Assembly (NCBI GenBank): GCA_035529315.1
Contig: DATKWZ010000030.1
Span: 67,825-131,824 of the forward strand
Direction: 5' to 3'
Source: Anaerolineae bacterium
Lineage (GTDB): Bacteria > Desulfobacterota > Desulfobacteria > Desulfobacterales > ETH-SRB1
Length of the DNA stretch: 64,000 nt
The notes below the pieces were generated by a model. That model was given only the letters and a program-made list of their open reading frames with translations, did not search any database and had not been told where the DNA came from. Every line of letters begins with the position of its first letter. Position 1 is the first letter of the stretch. This document shows, piece by piece, positions 47,990 to 57,204 of this stretch. Position numbers and translations under genes: made by a program.

Positions 47990-48190
47990 TGCTAAGCCAA
48001 CAACTGATTTACCAATGGACCTCCCGCAAATTCCCCCCCGTTCTCATAGTCCTCACAAGTTTAAAAGTTGAGAATGTCCCGCAAGTCCCCAAAGCATTTC
48101 CCGTGGGCGATCTCCTTCAGGCCAGTCCTTTATGTGCATATCTTTTTTACCTTTTTGAAGAGTTCCTTGCTTGCGTCTTTCCGATGTCAT
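47990..48190 (-). pseudogene. radC-like remnant
   Basis: The minus strand reads MTSERRKQGTLQKGKKDMHIKDWPEGDRPREMLWGLAGHSQLLNL*, which is a RadC N-terminal pattern (DWP..RPRE.L). No JAB domain follows. Confidence 0.4.
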
Positions 48191-48276
48191 CTATAACCTT
48201 GTAAAGTGAAAAAATCAATAAATCTATTGTGTTCCGCTATGTTCTGCATCAGAAAACGGGTAGAGTAATGATAAAA

Positions 48277-49572
48277 TCAAATATAGTTTAGTGTCTCAGC
48301 ATAGATTTCTACAGGATGTTTAACAATAATTTTGCTTTGCGACCTGGAAAGCATGTCTGAAATCTGGATCATGCAGGCAGGACATCCTGTAGCAACGACT
48401 GAACATCCGGTGCTTAAGATATTTGCTGCTTTCCGTTTTCCGATCTGAGATGAGATGGCATGGTGCTGCAAATTAAAGCTTCCGCCCGACCCGCAACACC
48501 TGTCTGCTTCGGGCATCTCTTGCAGATGGTATCGAGGGTTGGCCTTGATGAGCGCCCTGGGTTCTGTTGACACTCCAAGAGATTTTGAAAGATGGCATGG
48601 GTCGTGATAGGTTACGACAATAGATTGATCGCTATTACTCTCTCCTGTTTTAATACCGATCTTTGACACAAGGAATTGATTAATATCCATGGTTTTATCC
48701 GCCATTTTTTCGACCCTGTACTTGAGATCAGACCTCTCAAGCATCATGGGCCATAGCTTTTTTATCGTATAAGCGCAGGTAGCGCATGCTGTAATCAGAT
48801 AATCAAACTCCTGTTTGTCAAATATTTCGAGATTTAAGTTAACCAGGCGCTCAAAGGTATCTCTGTCACCTGAAGTCAGTGCCGGAGCACCGCAACATCC
48901 TTGACCCTCCGGTATAAAAAAGCCGACTCCATGATGATCCAGAACATCGCAAACAGCCTGAGCAACTCCTGGAAAAATTTTGTCTGTAAGGCAGCCGACA
49001 AAAAATCCCACCTTAATGCCTGAATGACCGGATCCTGTGCGCTGAACCGGCAGCAATTTGTGAAATGGTTTATCGGCCAGAGGCATAAAATGACGGTTTC
49101 TCAGCAAAGGTGAGGCAAGCCTTGCGCAAGAGGTCCCAAGAAATTTGTCTGTTGGTTTGGTAAAAAGTCTCTGCGCCCATATAGACCATTCCAAAAAACG
49201 GTTAAAGGTTTCAGGGCAGGCCAGCACACCTCTTAATATCAGCTTTTGTGCTAAAGAAAGACCCATAAAGGATGTAAGGATCATGCGGGATTTAATAAAG
49301 ATTTCCAGAATGCTTACCCGGCTGGGGCAGTTTTCTGCACAGGAACCGCAAAGAAGACAACGGGTCAAACGCTTGTAAACACCTTTTGGGTCTTTGAACA
49401 TTTCATGCGCAAGCCCGTCAAGAAGCGCCAGTTTTCCGCGAGCCACATCGGCTTCGCGGCCTGTTTCCGCAAAGACCGGGCATACTGCCTGGCACATCCC
49501 GCAGCGCATGCAGATTGAAAGCTGGTTTTCAAGCTCCTTCATAAGCAGTGTAAGCTCTTTTATATCATGCAT
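48277..49572 (-). CDS. (Fe-S)-binding protein, GlcF/HdrD-like (2x 4Fe-4S + 2x CCG domains)
   Basis: 431 aa with CMRCGMCQAVCP, CLLCGSCAENCP and CCG motifs (GCCGAP, RCCGSGG). Confidence 0.75.
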   Translation of the reverse strand: MHDIKELTLLMKELENQLSICMRCGMCQAVCPVFAETGREADVARGKLALLDGLAHEMFKDPKGVYKRLTRCLLCGSCAENCPSRVSILEIFIKSRMILTSFMGLSLAQKLILRGVLACPETFNRFLEWSIWAQRLFTKPTDKFLGTSCARLASPLLRNRHFMPLADKPFHKLLPVQRTGSGHSGIKVGFFVGCLTDKIFPGVAQAVCDVLDHHGVGFFIPEGQGCCGAPALTSGDRDTFERLVNLNLEIFDKQEFDYLITACATCAYTIKKLWPMMLERSDLKYRVEKMADKTMDINQFLVSKIGIKTGESNSDQSIVVTYHDPCHLSKSLGVSTEPRALIKANPRYHLQEMPEADRCCGSGGSFNLQHHAISSQIGKRKAANILSTGCSVVATGCPACMIQISDMLSRSQSKIIVKHPVEIYAETLNYI

Positions 49573-49643
49573 TTAATAAATTTCCTGCGATTGCCTTTGC
49601 AGTTCAAAAAGTTCCTGGTATTAGTAAGCCATAAATGATAATT

Positions 49644-49687
49644 GTAACCGTTCAAGGTTCACGGTTCAAAAGTTCACGGTTATAAAG
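49644..49687. repeat. GTTCACGGTT-type repeat
   Basis: GTAACCGTTCAAGGTTCACGGTTCAAAAGTTCACGGTTATAAAG. Confidence 0.6.
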
Positions 49688-49754
49688 CAATCGACCGTGT
49701 GACTGACAACCTTAAAACAGTTAGTTTTTGTAGCCTATGACATGGATTTTGTAA

Positions 49755-50603
49755 ATGAACAAAAAAAGAGAAAATCCGCTTGTAAGTGTAATCATCCCGA
49801 CTTTCAACCGTGGCTGGATACTTAAAGAGGCCATTGATTCGGTCCTGACCCAGACTTTTGAAGATTTTGAGCTGATTGTCATAGATGACGGTTCAACCGA
49901 CAACACCCCGGATATTCTTAACTCATATAAAAATGATATTACAGCTTTTACTCAAAAGAATAAGGGGGTAAGCGCTGCAAGAAACAGAGGGATTGCCCTG
50001 TCGTCAGGCCGTTTTATCGCCTTTCTTGATTCAGATGACCTCTGGATGCAAAACAAGTTGTCAACACAGGTTGATTTTTTTAATGAAAATCATGATGCCC
50101 TGATTTGCCAGACCGATGAGATATGGATTAGAAACAATGTAAGGGTCAATCCAAAAAAGCGGCACAAGAAGTTATCAGGGATGATTTTTGAACATTCCTT
50201 AGACCTGTGCATGGTAAGCCCTTCCGCGGTAATGATAAAGCGCGGGCTCTTTGACAAAGTCGGCCTGTTTGATGAAGACCTGCCAGCATGCGAAGACTAT
50301 GATCTATGGCTCAGGATAAGCTGCATCTATCCTGTATACCTTATAGATAAACCTCTTATAATAAAACGCGGCGGACATGAAGATCAGCTTTCAAGATTGC
50401 CGGTACTGGACAAATACCGGATTAAGGCGCTAAACAAAATAATTGCAAGCGGCCTGCTTTCAGAAGGGCAGTACAGGGCGGCCATAAAAACCCTGAAAGA
50501 AAAATGTGCGATCTATGCTAATGGATGCCTTAAACGGGGACGCGCAGATGAAGCCCTTTTTTATAAAACCGGTTCATCTTCAGGCATTGGCATGTCTTCA
50601 TAG
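49755..50603 (+). CDS. family 2 glycosyltransferase
   Basis: 282 aa with VSVIIPTFNRG, the DxD-like DSDD, and ..CEDYDLWLR... Confidence 0.8.
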   Translation: MNKKRENPLVSVIIPTFNRGWILKEAIDSVLTQTFEDFELIVIDDGSTDNTPDILNSYKNDITAFTQKNKGVSAARNRGIALSSGRFIAFLDSDDLWMQNKLSTQVDFFNENHDALICQTDEIWIRNNVRVNPKKRHKKLSGMIFEHSLDLCMVSPSAVMIKRGLFDKVGLFDEDLPACEDYDLWLRISCIYPVYLIDKPLIIKRGGHEDQLSRLPVLDKYRIKALNKIIASGLLSEGQYRAAIKTLKEKCAIYANGCLKRGRADEALFYKTGSSSGIGMSS

Positions 50604-51097
50604 ACATGTTTGACAAGGTGCCCCAGTTCAGGGAAAATAAGAGCTTTGCATGCGAGTTTACATGCCTTGAGGCTTCCCGGCATACAAAAGATAATGGTTC
50701 CTTTAACAACCCCGGCGGTAGCGCGGGATAAAAGGGCGGCAGAATCTATCTCTTCGAAACTGAGCTGGGCAAAAAGAGGGCCGAATGCCGTAAGCTCCTT
50801 ATCAAACATCGGATGCACAGCTTCAATGGTAACATCTTTGCTGCTTATGCCTGTGCCGCCTGTAAGCAAAATAACATTAGGCTTATAATCGCTTATAACT
50901 TCAATGACGGTTTGCGCTATTGTTTTGCTGTCATCCGGAACAACGCGGTGAAACACCACCTCGTGCCCCTCCTTTTTAGCCCGCTTGCTTATCCAAAGGC
51001 CGCTTTTATCGTCCGCAATTGTTCGGGTGGTTGAAACCGATATTATGGCTGCCCTTACACTTTTTGGAGCCTTTTTTTTATGTTCTCTTGTACTCAT
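50561..51097 (-). CDS. moaB: molybdenum cofactor biosynthesis protein B (MoaB/MogA family)
   Basis: 178 aa with LLTGGTGISSKDVT and ..FCMPGSLKAC... Confidence 0.8.
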   Translation of the reverse strand: MSTREHKKKAPKSVRAAIISVSTTRTIADDKSGLWISKRAKKEGHEVVFHRVVPDDSKTIAQTVIEVISDYKPNVILLTGGTGISSKDVTIEAVHPMFDKELTAFGPLFAQLSFEEIDSAALLSRATAGVVKGTIIFCMPGSLKACKLACKALIFPELGHLVKHVYEDMPMPEDEPVL

Positions 51098-51636
51098 AAT
51101 GAGAGCTTTGCAATAGTGACCTGGTCTTTGCCGTCATGTTCGGCCAGTAAAACATTTACCGTTTCAGAAAGCCTTGTTTCAATAAATTTGCCGACATAAT
51201 TTGCCTGAATCGGAAGTTCCCTGTGCCCCCGATCAACAAGCACAGCCAGCTCAATACGGTCAGGCCTTCCAAAATCTATAATCGCATCCATTGCCGCCCT
51301 TATGGTGCGACCTGTAAACAGAACATCATCGATTAATATAATCTGCTTACCATCTACGGAAAATGTTATATCTGTGGCCTGAACTATGGGGTTGTGGCTA
51401 ATTCTTGTCCAGTCGTCGCGGTACATCGTAATATCTATATCACCTGTTGGAACTGAAACCCCTTCGATCCTATCAATTACGGCCTGAATACGCTTTGCAA
51501 GATAAACGCCGCGTGTGTGAATGCCGATCAGCGTGAGGTTGTCAGCCCCTTTGTGCTTTTCAAGTATTTCATGGCTGATCCTTGTCATTATACGATCTAT
51601 ATCTGCTGCATCCAAAATAATATCATACTGGCTCAT
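51094..51636 (-). CDS. pyrR: bifunctional pyrimidine operon regulator / uracil phosphoribosyltransferase
   Basis: 180 aa with the PRPP motif ILIDDVLFTGRTIRAAMDA. The stop overlaps the moaB start. Confidence 0.85.
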   Translation of the reverse strand: MSQYDIILDAADIDRIMTRISHEILEKHKGADNLTLIGIHTRGVYLAKRIQAVIDRIEGVSVPTGDIDITMYRDDWTRISHNPIVQATDITFSVDGKQIILIDDVLFTGRTIRAAMDAIIDFGRPDRIELAVLVDRGHRELPIQANYVGKFIETRLSETVNVLLAEHDGKDQVTIAKLSL

Positions 51637-51882
51637 TAATTCTCTCCAATTTTTTGAAGAACCATGCGGTCCGCCTCAGGCAGACATGGAATCTTCGACT
51701 ATAAGAAAATTTACCGTTTTTAGATTCACCATATTATGCATTTATATCATGAAACATGTCTTGATCAATATATATATCTTTGCGTTCAAATACTTGTCAA
51801 AAACATGGCTGCGGGCGGATTCGAATTACCTTGATTTTGCATGATATTTTTGTTTATCATACTATTTTTTAGTAAGTCAATA

Positions 51883-52024
51883 TTGATGAATTCGTAAAAA
51901 AACGGATTCATCAGGTGTTAAGTGTAAAGTGTCAGGTGTCAGGTTAAAGCAATTGCCTGTTTAATCATACGCTTAACATGGTTCGCAAAAAGTGGTTCTT
52001 TGGCTTTTTGCGAAACTATCAAAC
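51883..52024. repeat. MITE family 1 variant
   Basis: The left end is TTGATGAATTCGTAAAAAAAC and the right end is GCTTTTTGCGAAACTATCAAAC. The interior carries CAGGTGTTAAGTGTAAAGTGTCAGGTGTCAGGT low-complexity repeats. Confidence 0.55.
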
Positions 52025-52044
52025 TTTATGGCGAGACTCTTAAT

Positions 52045-52653
52045 ATGAAATATCCTTGCAGCGGTGTAATACTGGCCGGCGGATTAAGCACCCGCTTTTC
52101 AGGACAAAACAAGGCTTTTATCTCTATTGGCGGAAAGCGCATACTGGATCATATATATGAGGTTTTTAACAAACTGTTTGCAGAAATTATTCTGGTTACC
52201 AATGATCCGGTTCAATATCTGGAATGGGATTTGAATATAGGTACAGACCTTTTTTCAATTAGAAGCTCCTTGACAGGAATACATGCAGGCCTGTTTTATT
52301 CGACCAATCCTTATTCCTTTTTTATAGCATGTGACACCCCGTTTTTAAAAACAGAGATGGCCGAGGCAATCGTAAACAGTATCGAGTCGGATGTGGACAT
52401 TGTTTTACCTGAAACATCGGAAGGGATTCAGCCTCTTTGCGCCGTCTATTCAAAACAATGCCTGAAACATATTGAAGCGCAACTATCCAAAAAGGAGCTT
52501 AAGATACGGCAGTTTTTTAAAAAGGTTCGCGTAAAAAAACTTCCGGAAAATCTATTACGAGAAAACGATCCTGATTTATTATCATTTTTTAATGTCAACA
52601 CTCCGGACGATCTGACCAAAGCAGAAAAAATTATCCAAAATACTTTTAAATAA
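52045..52653 (+). CDS. mobA: molybdenum cofactor guanylyltransferase
   Basis: MKYPCSGVILAGGLSTRF.. is the typical MobA N-terminus. The TTG 52000 extension lies in the repeat and is discarded. Confidence 0.8.
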   Translation: MKYPCSGVILAGGLSTRFSGQNKAFISIGGKRILDHIYEVFNKLFAEIILVTNDPVQYLEWDLNIGTDLFSIRSSLTGIHAGLFYSTNPYSFFIACDTPFLKTEMAEAIVNSIESDVDIVLPETSEGIQPLCAVYSKQCLKHIEAQLSKKELKIRQFFKKVRVKKLPENLLRENDPDLLSFFNVNTPDDLTKAEKIIQNTFK

Positions 52654-52659
52654 GAGGTA

Positions 52660-52740
52660 TTCGTAAAAAGTGATTTTGTGGCTGAATCCCAAAATTGGTT
52701 ACAGAGAGAGCAAAATTAGACTTTTTACGAATGCGTCAAA
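52660..52740. repeat. MITE family 1 (short form)
   Basis: TTCGTAAAAAGTG .. GACTTTTTACGAATGCGTCAAAC. Confidence 0.6.
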
Positions 52741-52752
52741 CAAGAGGTGGTT

Positions 52753-53112
52753 ATGAATCTAAACAATCTTATCAATGCTATAAAAAAACACCCTGATTAC
52801 AGCAAGACAGGGATGATCCTTTGCCATAACGGAGTCGTGCGCGGCACATCGCGGGATGGCCGTCAAGTATCAGGGCTTAGAATTGTTGTAGATCGTGAAA
52901 AACTGCGCAACGTGATAACAGAAAATAAAAAAAGAAAAGGCATTATAGAAATACTGATTGAAATCGCTGAAAACAAAGACCTGTCTGTCGGCGATGATGT
53001 TATGTTTCTGGTTGTTGCCGGCGATATACGCGACACTGTTATTGAGGTGCTAAAGAAAACTCTTGATGAAATTAAAACTACCGTCACTACAAAAACAGAG
53101 TTTTTTGTGTAA
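52753..53112 (+). CDS. small MoaE-like protein
   Basis: 119 aa from ATG 52753. ..ILCHNGVVRGTSRDG..V..L.. and ..VVAGDIRDTVIEVLKKTLDEIKT.. loosely follow the MoaE pattern. It lies next to mobA. Confidence 0.45.
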   Translation: MNLNNLINAIKKHPDYSKTGMILCHNGVVRGTSRDGRQVSGLRIVVDREKLRNVITENKKRKGIIEILIEIAENKDLSVGDDVMFLVVAGDIRDTVIEVLKKTLDEIKTTVTTKTEFFV

Positions 53113-53224
53113 CTGTTTCAGCTGAGCGCCTTAAATTATTAAACGTGTTGCTGTTTTGCTGAAACCACAAATTGTGATTTCAAAAGTTTGGAGAGAGTAT
53201 GATAGAGGGGAGTTTAACTAAAGT

Positions 53225-54967
53225 TCAGCTCGATGGAAAGAACCTGTCAATTGCATCAAAAAGACTCTCTGAAGAGATCGGCTTTGAAATATAGTCGTCC
53301 ATGCCGGCATCCAAAAATCTCTGCCTGTCTTCTTTCAAGGCATAAGCGGTCATTGCGATAATCGGAATACTCGGGTTAAGGACATTGAATTGAGGCTCAC
53401 GGATTATCCTTGTCGTTTCAAGCCCATCCATGACGGGCATTCTTATATCCATTAAAACAAGATCGAATTCCTCTTTTTTTAACAGCTCAAAGGCCTCCTT
53501 TCCGTTATCTGCGGTAACCACCAAATAATTTCTAATAGCCAGAATTCCCTTTGCCACCTCCTGGTTGTTTTTTGAATCGTCGACCAAAAGAATTCTCAAT
53601 TTAATTTCTTGCTCTTCTGATGGCATTGCTTCGGAAATAATAATTTCATGATCCTCGGCCGCATGGTCAAGCTTTTTTATTTTTTTCAGGGGTACTGTAA
53701 ACCAGAACTTTGACCCTTTGTCCGATTCGCTTTTAACACCGATTTTACCTTTCATCATTTCGGTTAATTTTTTAGATATGGCAAGTCCAAGGCCGGTTCC
53801 TTGATGAATTTGCGTAATATGAGAATTTATCTGGGAAAAAGATTTGAAAAGCTTGTCAATCCGATCTCCGGGGATGCCGACGCCTGTGTCTCTGATAGAG
53901 AACCTTATAGTCACATGGGTATCTGTTTCATTGTCCAGCGATACATGAATGATGATAATACCTTTTTCTGTAAACTTGACGGCGTTTCCAATAATGTTTC
54001 TCAAAATCTGCTTAATTTTTAGGGCATCACCCAGAACCTGTGATGGCACATTGCTTTCAACAATAGACTCTATTTGAAGATCCTTCTTGCGGGCCATGGC
54101 GATCATTTGGTTTTTAACATCTGTTATTGCCGCTCTGAGGTTAAAGTAGAGACAATCAAGATCCATCTTTTTTGCCTCTATCTTTGAAAAATCGAGTATA
54201 TCGTCGATCAGGGTCAGCAAGTCGTGCGCTGAAGAATCGACCATGGTCAAATAATCCCGCTGCTTTGGCGTTAGTTCCATTTGAAGGACAAGCTGTGTCA
54301 TCCCCATTATCACATTCATGGGAGTCCTGATTTCGTGGCTCATGTTTGCCAGAAACTCGCTTTTTGCGTGGTTTGCGGCATCCGCGGCTTTTTTAGCTTT
54401 AATCAATTCCTTTTCTATATGCTTACGTTCTTGTATTTCCTCCTTTAATTCCTTGTTTGTTTTGAATAGTTCAGCAGTGCGTTCCTCCACCCGGAGTTCC
54501 AATTCATCGTGTGCTTTCTGTAGCGCTTCCTCCGCATGTTTGCGTTCTTCAATTTCCTGTTTCAGTTGCTTGTTGGTTTTGGTCAGTTCGATGTTATCTT
54601 CGGAAATCTTTTGTTTAAGCTCGTCTCGGTATTCAATGAGACAATCTGTTATAACCGTATGGGTGATAATACCAACAAACTCATCGCCTTTGAACACCGG
54701 CAACACAAAATTTTGACTCTCCTTCATTAATTTCAAAACCGATCCAATGCCATCCTCAAAATTTACACGAGGCTTGTCATGCATGCAATCAATCACAAGA
54801 TTATGCGGAGATTCGATGATGTCAGAGGGGGTAAGAATCCCTGAAAACGAATTGCCATCTAACACAACCAGGAACGAGTTGTCTTTCAGGCACTTTTCAA
54901 TAGACTCTATCCCTGCATATGGATTTGTTTTTTCAAACGACTGTTTCACCAGATGCTTTATTCTCAT
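53225..54967 (-). CDS. hybrid sensor histidine kinase (CBS pair - coiled coil - HisKA - HATPase - receiver)
   Basis: H-box [17 protein letters not shown]-box [12 protein letters not shown], and receiver [24 protein letters not shown]. The start is at ATG 54967 (MRIKHLVK..), just after the stop of the upstream ORF. Confidence 0.85.
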   Translation of the reverse strand: MRIKHLVKQSFEKTNPYAGIESIEKCLKDNSFLVVLDGNSFSGILTPSDIIESPHNLVIDCMHDKPRVNFEDGIGSVLKLMKESQNFVLPVFKGDEFVGIITHTVITDCLIEYRDELKQKISEDNIELTKTNKQLKQEIEERKHAEEALQKAHDELELRVEERTAELFKTNKELKEEIQERKHIEKELIKAKKAADAANHAKSEFLANMSHEIRTPMNVIMGMTQLVLQMELTPKQRDYLTMVDSSAHDLLTLIDDILDFSKIEAKKMDLDCLYFNLRAAITDVKNQMIAMARKKDLQIESIVESNVPSQVLGDALKIKQILRNIIGNAVKFTEKGIIIIHVSLDNETDTHVTIRFSIRDTGVGIPGDRIDKLFKSFSQINSHITQIHQGTGLGLAISKKLTEMMKGKIGVKSESDKGSKFWFTVPLKKIKKLDHAAEDHEIIISEAMPSEEQEIKLRILLVDDSKNNQEVAKGILAIRNYLVVTADNGKEAFELLKKEEFDLVLMDIRMPVMDGLETTRIIREPQFNVLNPSIPIIAMTAYALKEDRQRFLDAGMDDYISKPISSESLFDAIDRFFPSS

Positions 54968-54975
54968 TTTCTCTT

Positions 54976-55320
54976 TTAGAGCGTTCCCTCTATTTGATCG
55001 TGATATATAGTTACATTGAAATCTACCTTTACGCATTCACCGATCATAATGAACGGAAAGACTTTCGCCTTTAGTATCTCGATAATTTTCTTCATCGGCA
55101 TGCGTTTGAGAATTTTTTTGCTTATGAGTATCGCTTCAATAACAGGGTCATCAATTTCGAACATTTCAAACCTGTCCGGCTCTAAAAGGTGAAGACATTT
55201 TGACATACCTGCCTTTCCTTGCGGGCACTTTTTGCCAAGCAGCAGAATATCATCAAACGGCGGAAACTTTATATCCACAAAACTGAGCGCAACAGTAAAC
55301 CTTGAACCTTCTTTTTTCAT
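54976..55320 (-). CDS. hypothetical protein
   Basis: 114 aa ORF ending 8 nt before the kinase start. No family was recognised. Confidence 0.35.
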   Translation of the reverse strand: MKKEGSRFTVALSFVDIKFPPFDDILLLGKKCPQGKAGMSKCLHLLEPDRFEMFEIDDPVIEAILISKKILKRMPMKKIIEILKAKVFPFIMIGECVKVDFNVTIYHDQIEGTL

Positions 55321-55664
55321 TCTATATCCTCCTCGTCAGTTTGGCGCTTTAACCAGGAAAAGCATTAATTTATCATAAGCTGTAATTGTCGAATATGTGG
55401 GTATAACTCCAGATAAGCCGTTCAAATCATTTGAATCTGGTCATTGCTATCAATATTTCAGCCAAAACAAATCATGGTAGCAGCTGATTCCAAAATTTTG
55501 GCAAGTAGGTGTCAAATAAAATTATCGGGATGTTCGGATAAAAACTTAATTATTTTTTCTGAAACAAGAGGGTCGCCACAGGGCAAAACCTTTGTGGGAC
55601 TTTTGGTGTCACCCATTAAAGGGCTGGTCAGCTCCAGCGAGAATGACAGGCGGAGCGAATATTG

Positions 55665-56021
55665 TTATGCGCCAAATATTTTTTGACGAAAGATAAAAAA
55701 AACAGCCCCCAAAATGCAAAGAGCGGCCCATAAAAAATCTAATCGTAATTTTTCCTCCATAAAAAAAACCGAAAAAGGAACAAAAACTGAAAGAGTTATT
55801 ACTTCTTGAAGGATTTTGAGTTGTCCGAGATTCATAACTTGAAATCCAACTCTGTTTGCCGGAACCTGGATTAAATATTCAAAAAGAGCTATCCCCCAAC
55901 TAATTAATGCGGCAATTATCCAAGGCTTGCTTGAAAGGTTTTTCAGGTGTCCATACCATGCAAACGTCATAAATATGTTACTACAACACAACATTCCAGC
56001 TGATAAAAAAATTGTACGCAT
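55665..56021 (-). CDS. small DMT-superfamily membrane protein (DUF486-like)
   Basis: 118 aa with four TM segments and ..FMTFAWYGHLK.. near the N-terminus. Confidence 0.65.
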   Translation of the reverse strand: MRTIFLSAGMLCCSNIFMTFAWYGHLKNLSSKPWIIAALISWGIALFEYLIQVPANRVGFQVMNLGQLKILQEVITLSVFVPFSVFFMEEKLRLDFLWAALCILGAVFFIFRQKIFGA

Positions 56022-56091
56022 TTCTTTAATTTTCCTTCACATAACCAACAAACCCCGCAGTTAGCGCAGTTTGTATTTATAGGCGTTTAAT

Positions 56092-57190
56092 AAATTTTGG
56101 AAATTTTTGGGAAATTTTGGGGTCACATCTTGATTAACTCACTTATTCTGCCATATTCCTTTTTAAAGGTTTTATCGACACGAAGTTTTTCTCTGAAAAT
56201 AGCAACTCGCCTGCTAACGGATGAGTACGACAGACCGAACAGTCCTGATATCTTCTGGTTTGTAAAACGTCCTGTTTGCCACAAAAAATATATCATCAAA
56301 TCTCTGGCCACCTTATCTTTTTCCGGTATCCTTAAAGATTCTCTGAATGATTCAAGATCACATTCTAAAGCATCGGATAAGCCTCGCAGTAGTTTTTCAG
56401 GCTCATGCTTCTTAAGCAGCATTATCTGTTGAGGCAGTTCCGGGTGGGCTTTTCTTTTAAAATCAGGCAAAAATCCGGATTTCAGTCTATCGGCAAATCC
56501 GGCTGTCCCAAAAAATAAACCATAGCGCAGCTCTTCAAACAGAGATGCTTCCTCTTTTGAATATCTCTGAACCTTTTTACGATAGGCTAATTGCGGATTA
56601 TCTGTACCGAGCTGCGACAGAACGGTATCTGTTTTCAACCATTCGGGATACTTTCTGTTATAGGCATATACCGGATAACTGCTCCACTTATAATTAATAA
56701 GCCGTTTAACGATACCGGCTCTTAATGGATTGCGATGAATATAACATGACAAACGAACAAGGTAAGCATCATTTTCTACGATAAGACTTTTAAACCTGCC
56801 CTGAAACAGATGACCACTGCGGGCATGGCGGTTATTAAAACGTCTTGTATAAGTGACTCCCAGCCACTGCATTGCCTTTGAAAGGTTGGGATTGTTTGTT
56901 CGAAGAAGAATATGGTAATGGTTGTCCATTAATACATAGGCAAAAATATTCACATCAAAGCGATCTGACATTTCACCCATAATGCGAATAAAACAATTCC
57001 GGTCCTCATCGTCCCCAAATATATCCTGCTGTTCGTTCCCCCGTGAAAGAACGTGATACAGAGCACCTTTAAATTCAATTCTCCATGATCTCGACATGTT
57101 TTTTAAATAGCATCTACGTAAACAGATGTCAAACTAATGCGCTAATCAAGATGTGACACCAAAGCTTCCACCAAAGCTTCCAAAGCTTTT
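56092..57190 (-). mobile_element. IS-like unit: Y1 transposase gene bounded by inverted repeats
   Basis: GTCACATCTTGATTA (56122-56136) is the exact reverse complement of TAATCAAGATGTGAC (57143-57157). Both are flanked outward by three tandem ~10-nt units ending in TTTGG (AAATTTTGG AAATTTTTGG GAAATTTTGG on one side, and the reverse complement AAGCTTTGG AAGCTTTGG TGGAAGCTTTGG on the other). Confidence 0.55.
56123..57097 (-). CDS. IS200/RAYT-like Y1 (HUH) transposase with C-terminal DnaA-C-like HTH
   Basis: 324 aa with the HUH motif MDNHYHILL and the catalytic-Tyr context RLSCYIHRNP. The C-terminus ..ARDLMIYFLWQTGRFTNQKISGLFGLSYSSVSRRV is HTH-like. Confidence 0.75.
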   Translation of the reverse strand: MSRSWRIEFKGALYHVLSRGNEQQDIFGDDEDRNCFIRIMGEMSDRFDVNIFAYVLMDNHYHILLRTNNPNLSKAMQWLGVTYTRRFNNRHARSGHLFQGRFKSLIVENDAYLVRLSCYIHRNPLRAGIVKRLINYKWSSYPVYAYNRKYPEWLKTDTVLSQLGTDNPQLAYRKKVQRYSKEEASLFEELRYGLFFGTAGFADRLKSGFLPDFKRKAHPELPQQIMLLKKHEPEKLLRGLSDALECDLESFRESLRIPEKDKVARDLMIYFLWQTGRFTNQKISGLFGLSYSSVSRRVAIFREKLRVDKTFKKEYGRISELIKM

Positions 57191-57204
57191 GAGGGGCCCG
57201 GAAG

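Noticed and set aside
51637-51760. A PyrR-binding loop in the pyrR leader
   Set aside because: A hairpin (GUCUGCC-UGA-GGCGGAC) exists. It does not match the ARUCCAGAGAGGYU consensus that I remember.
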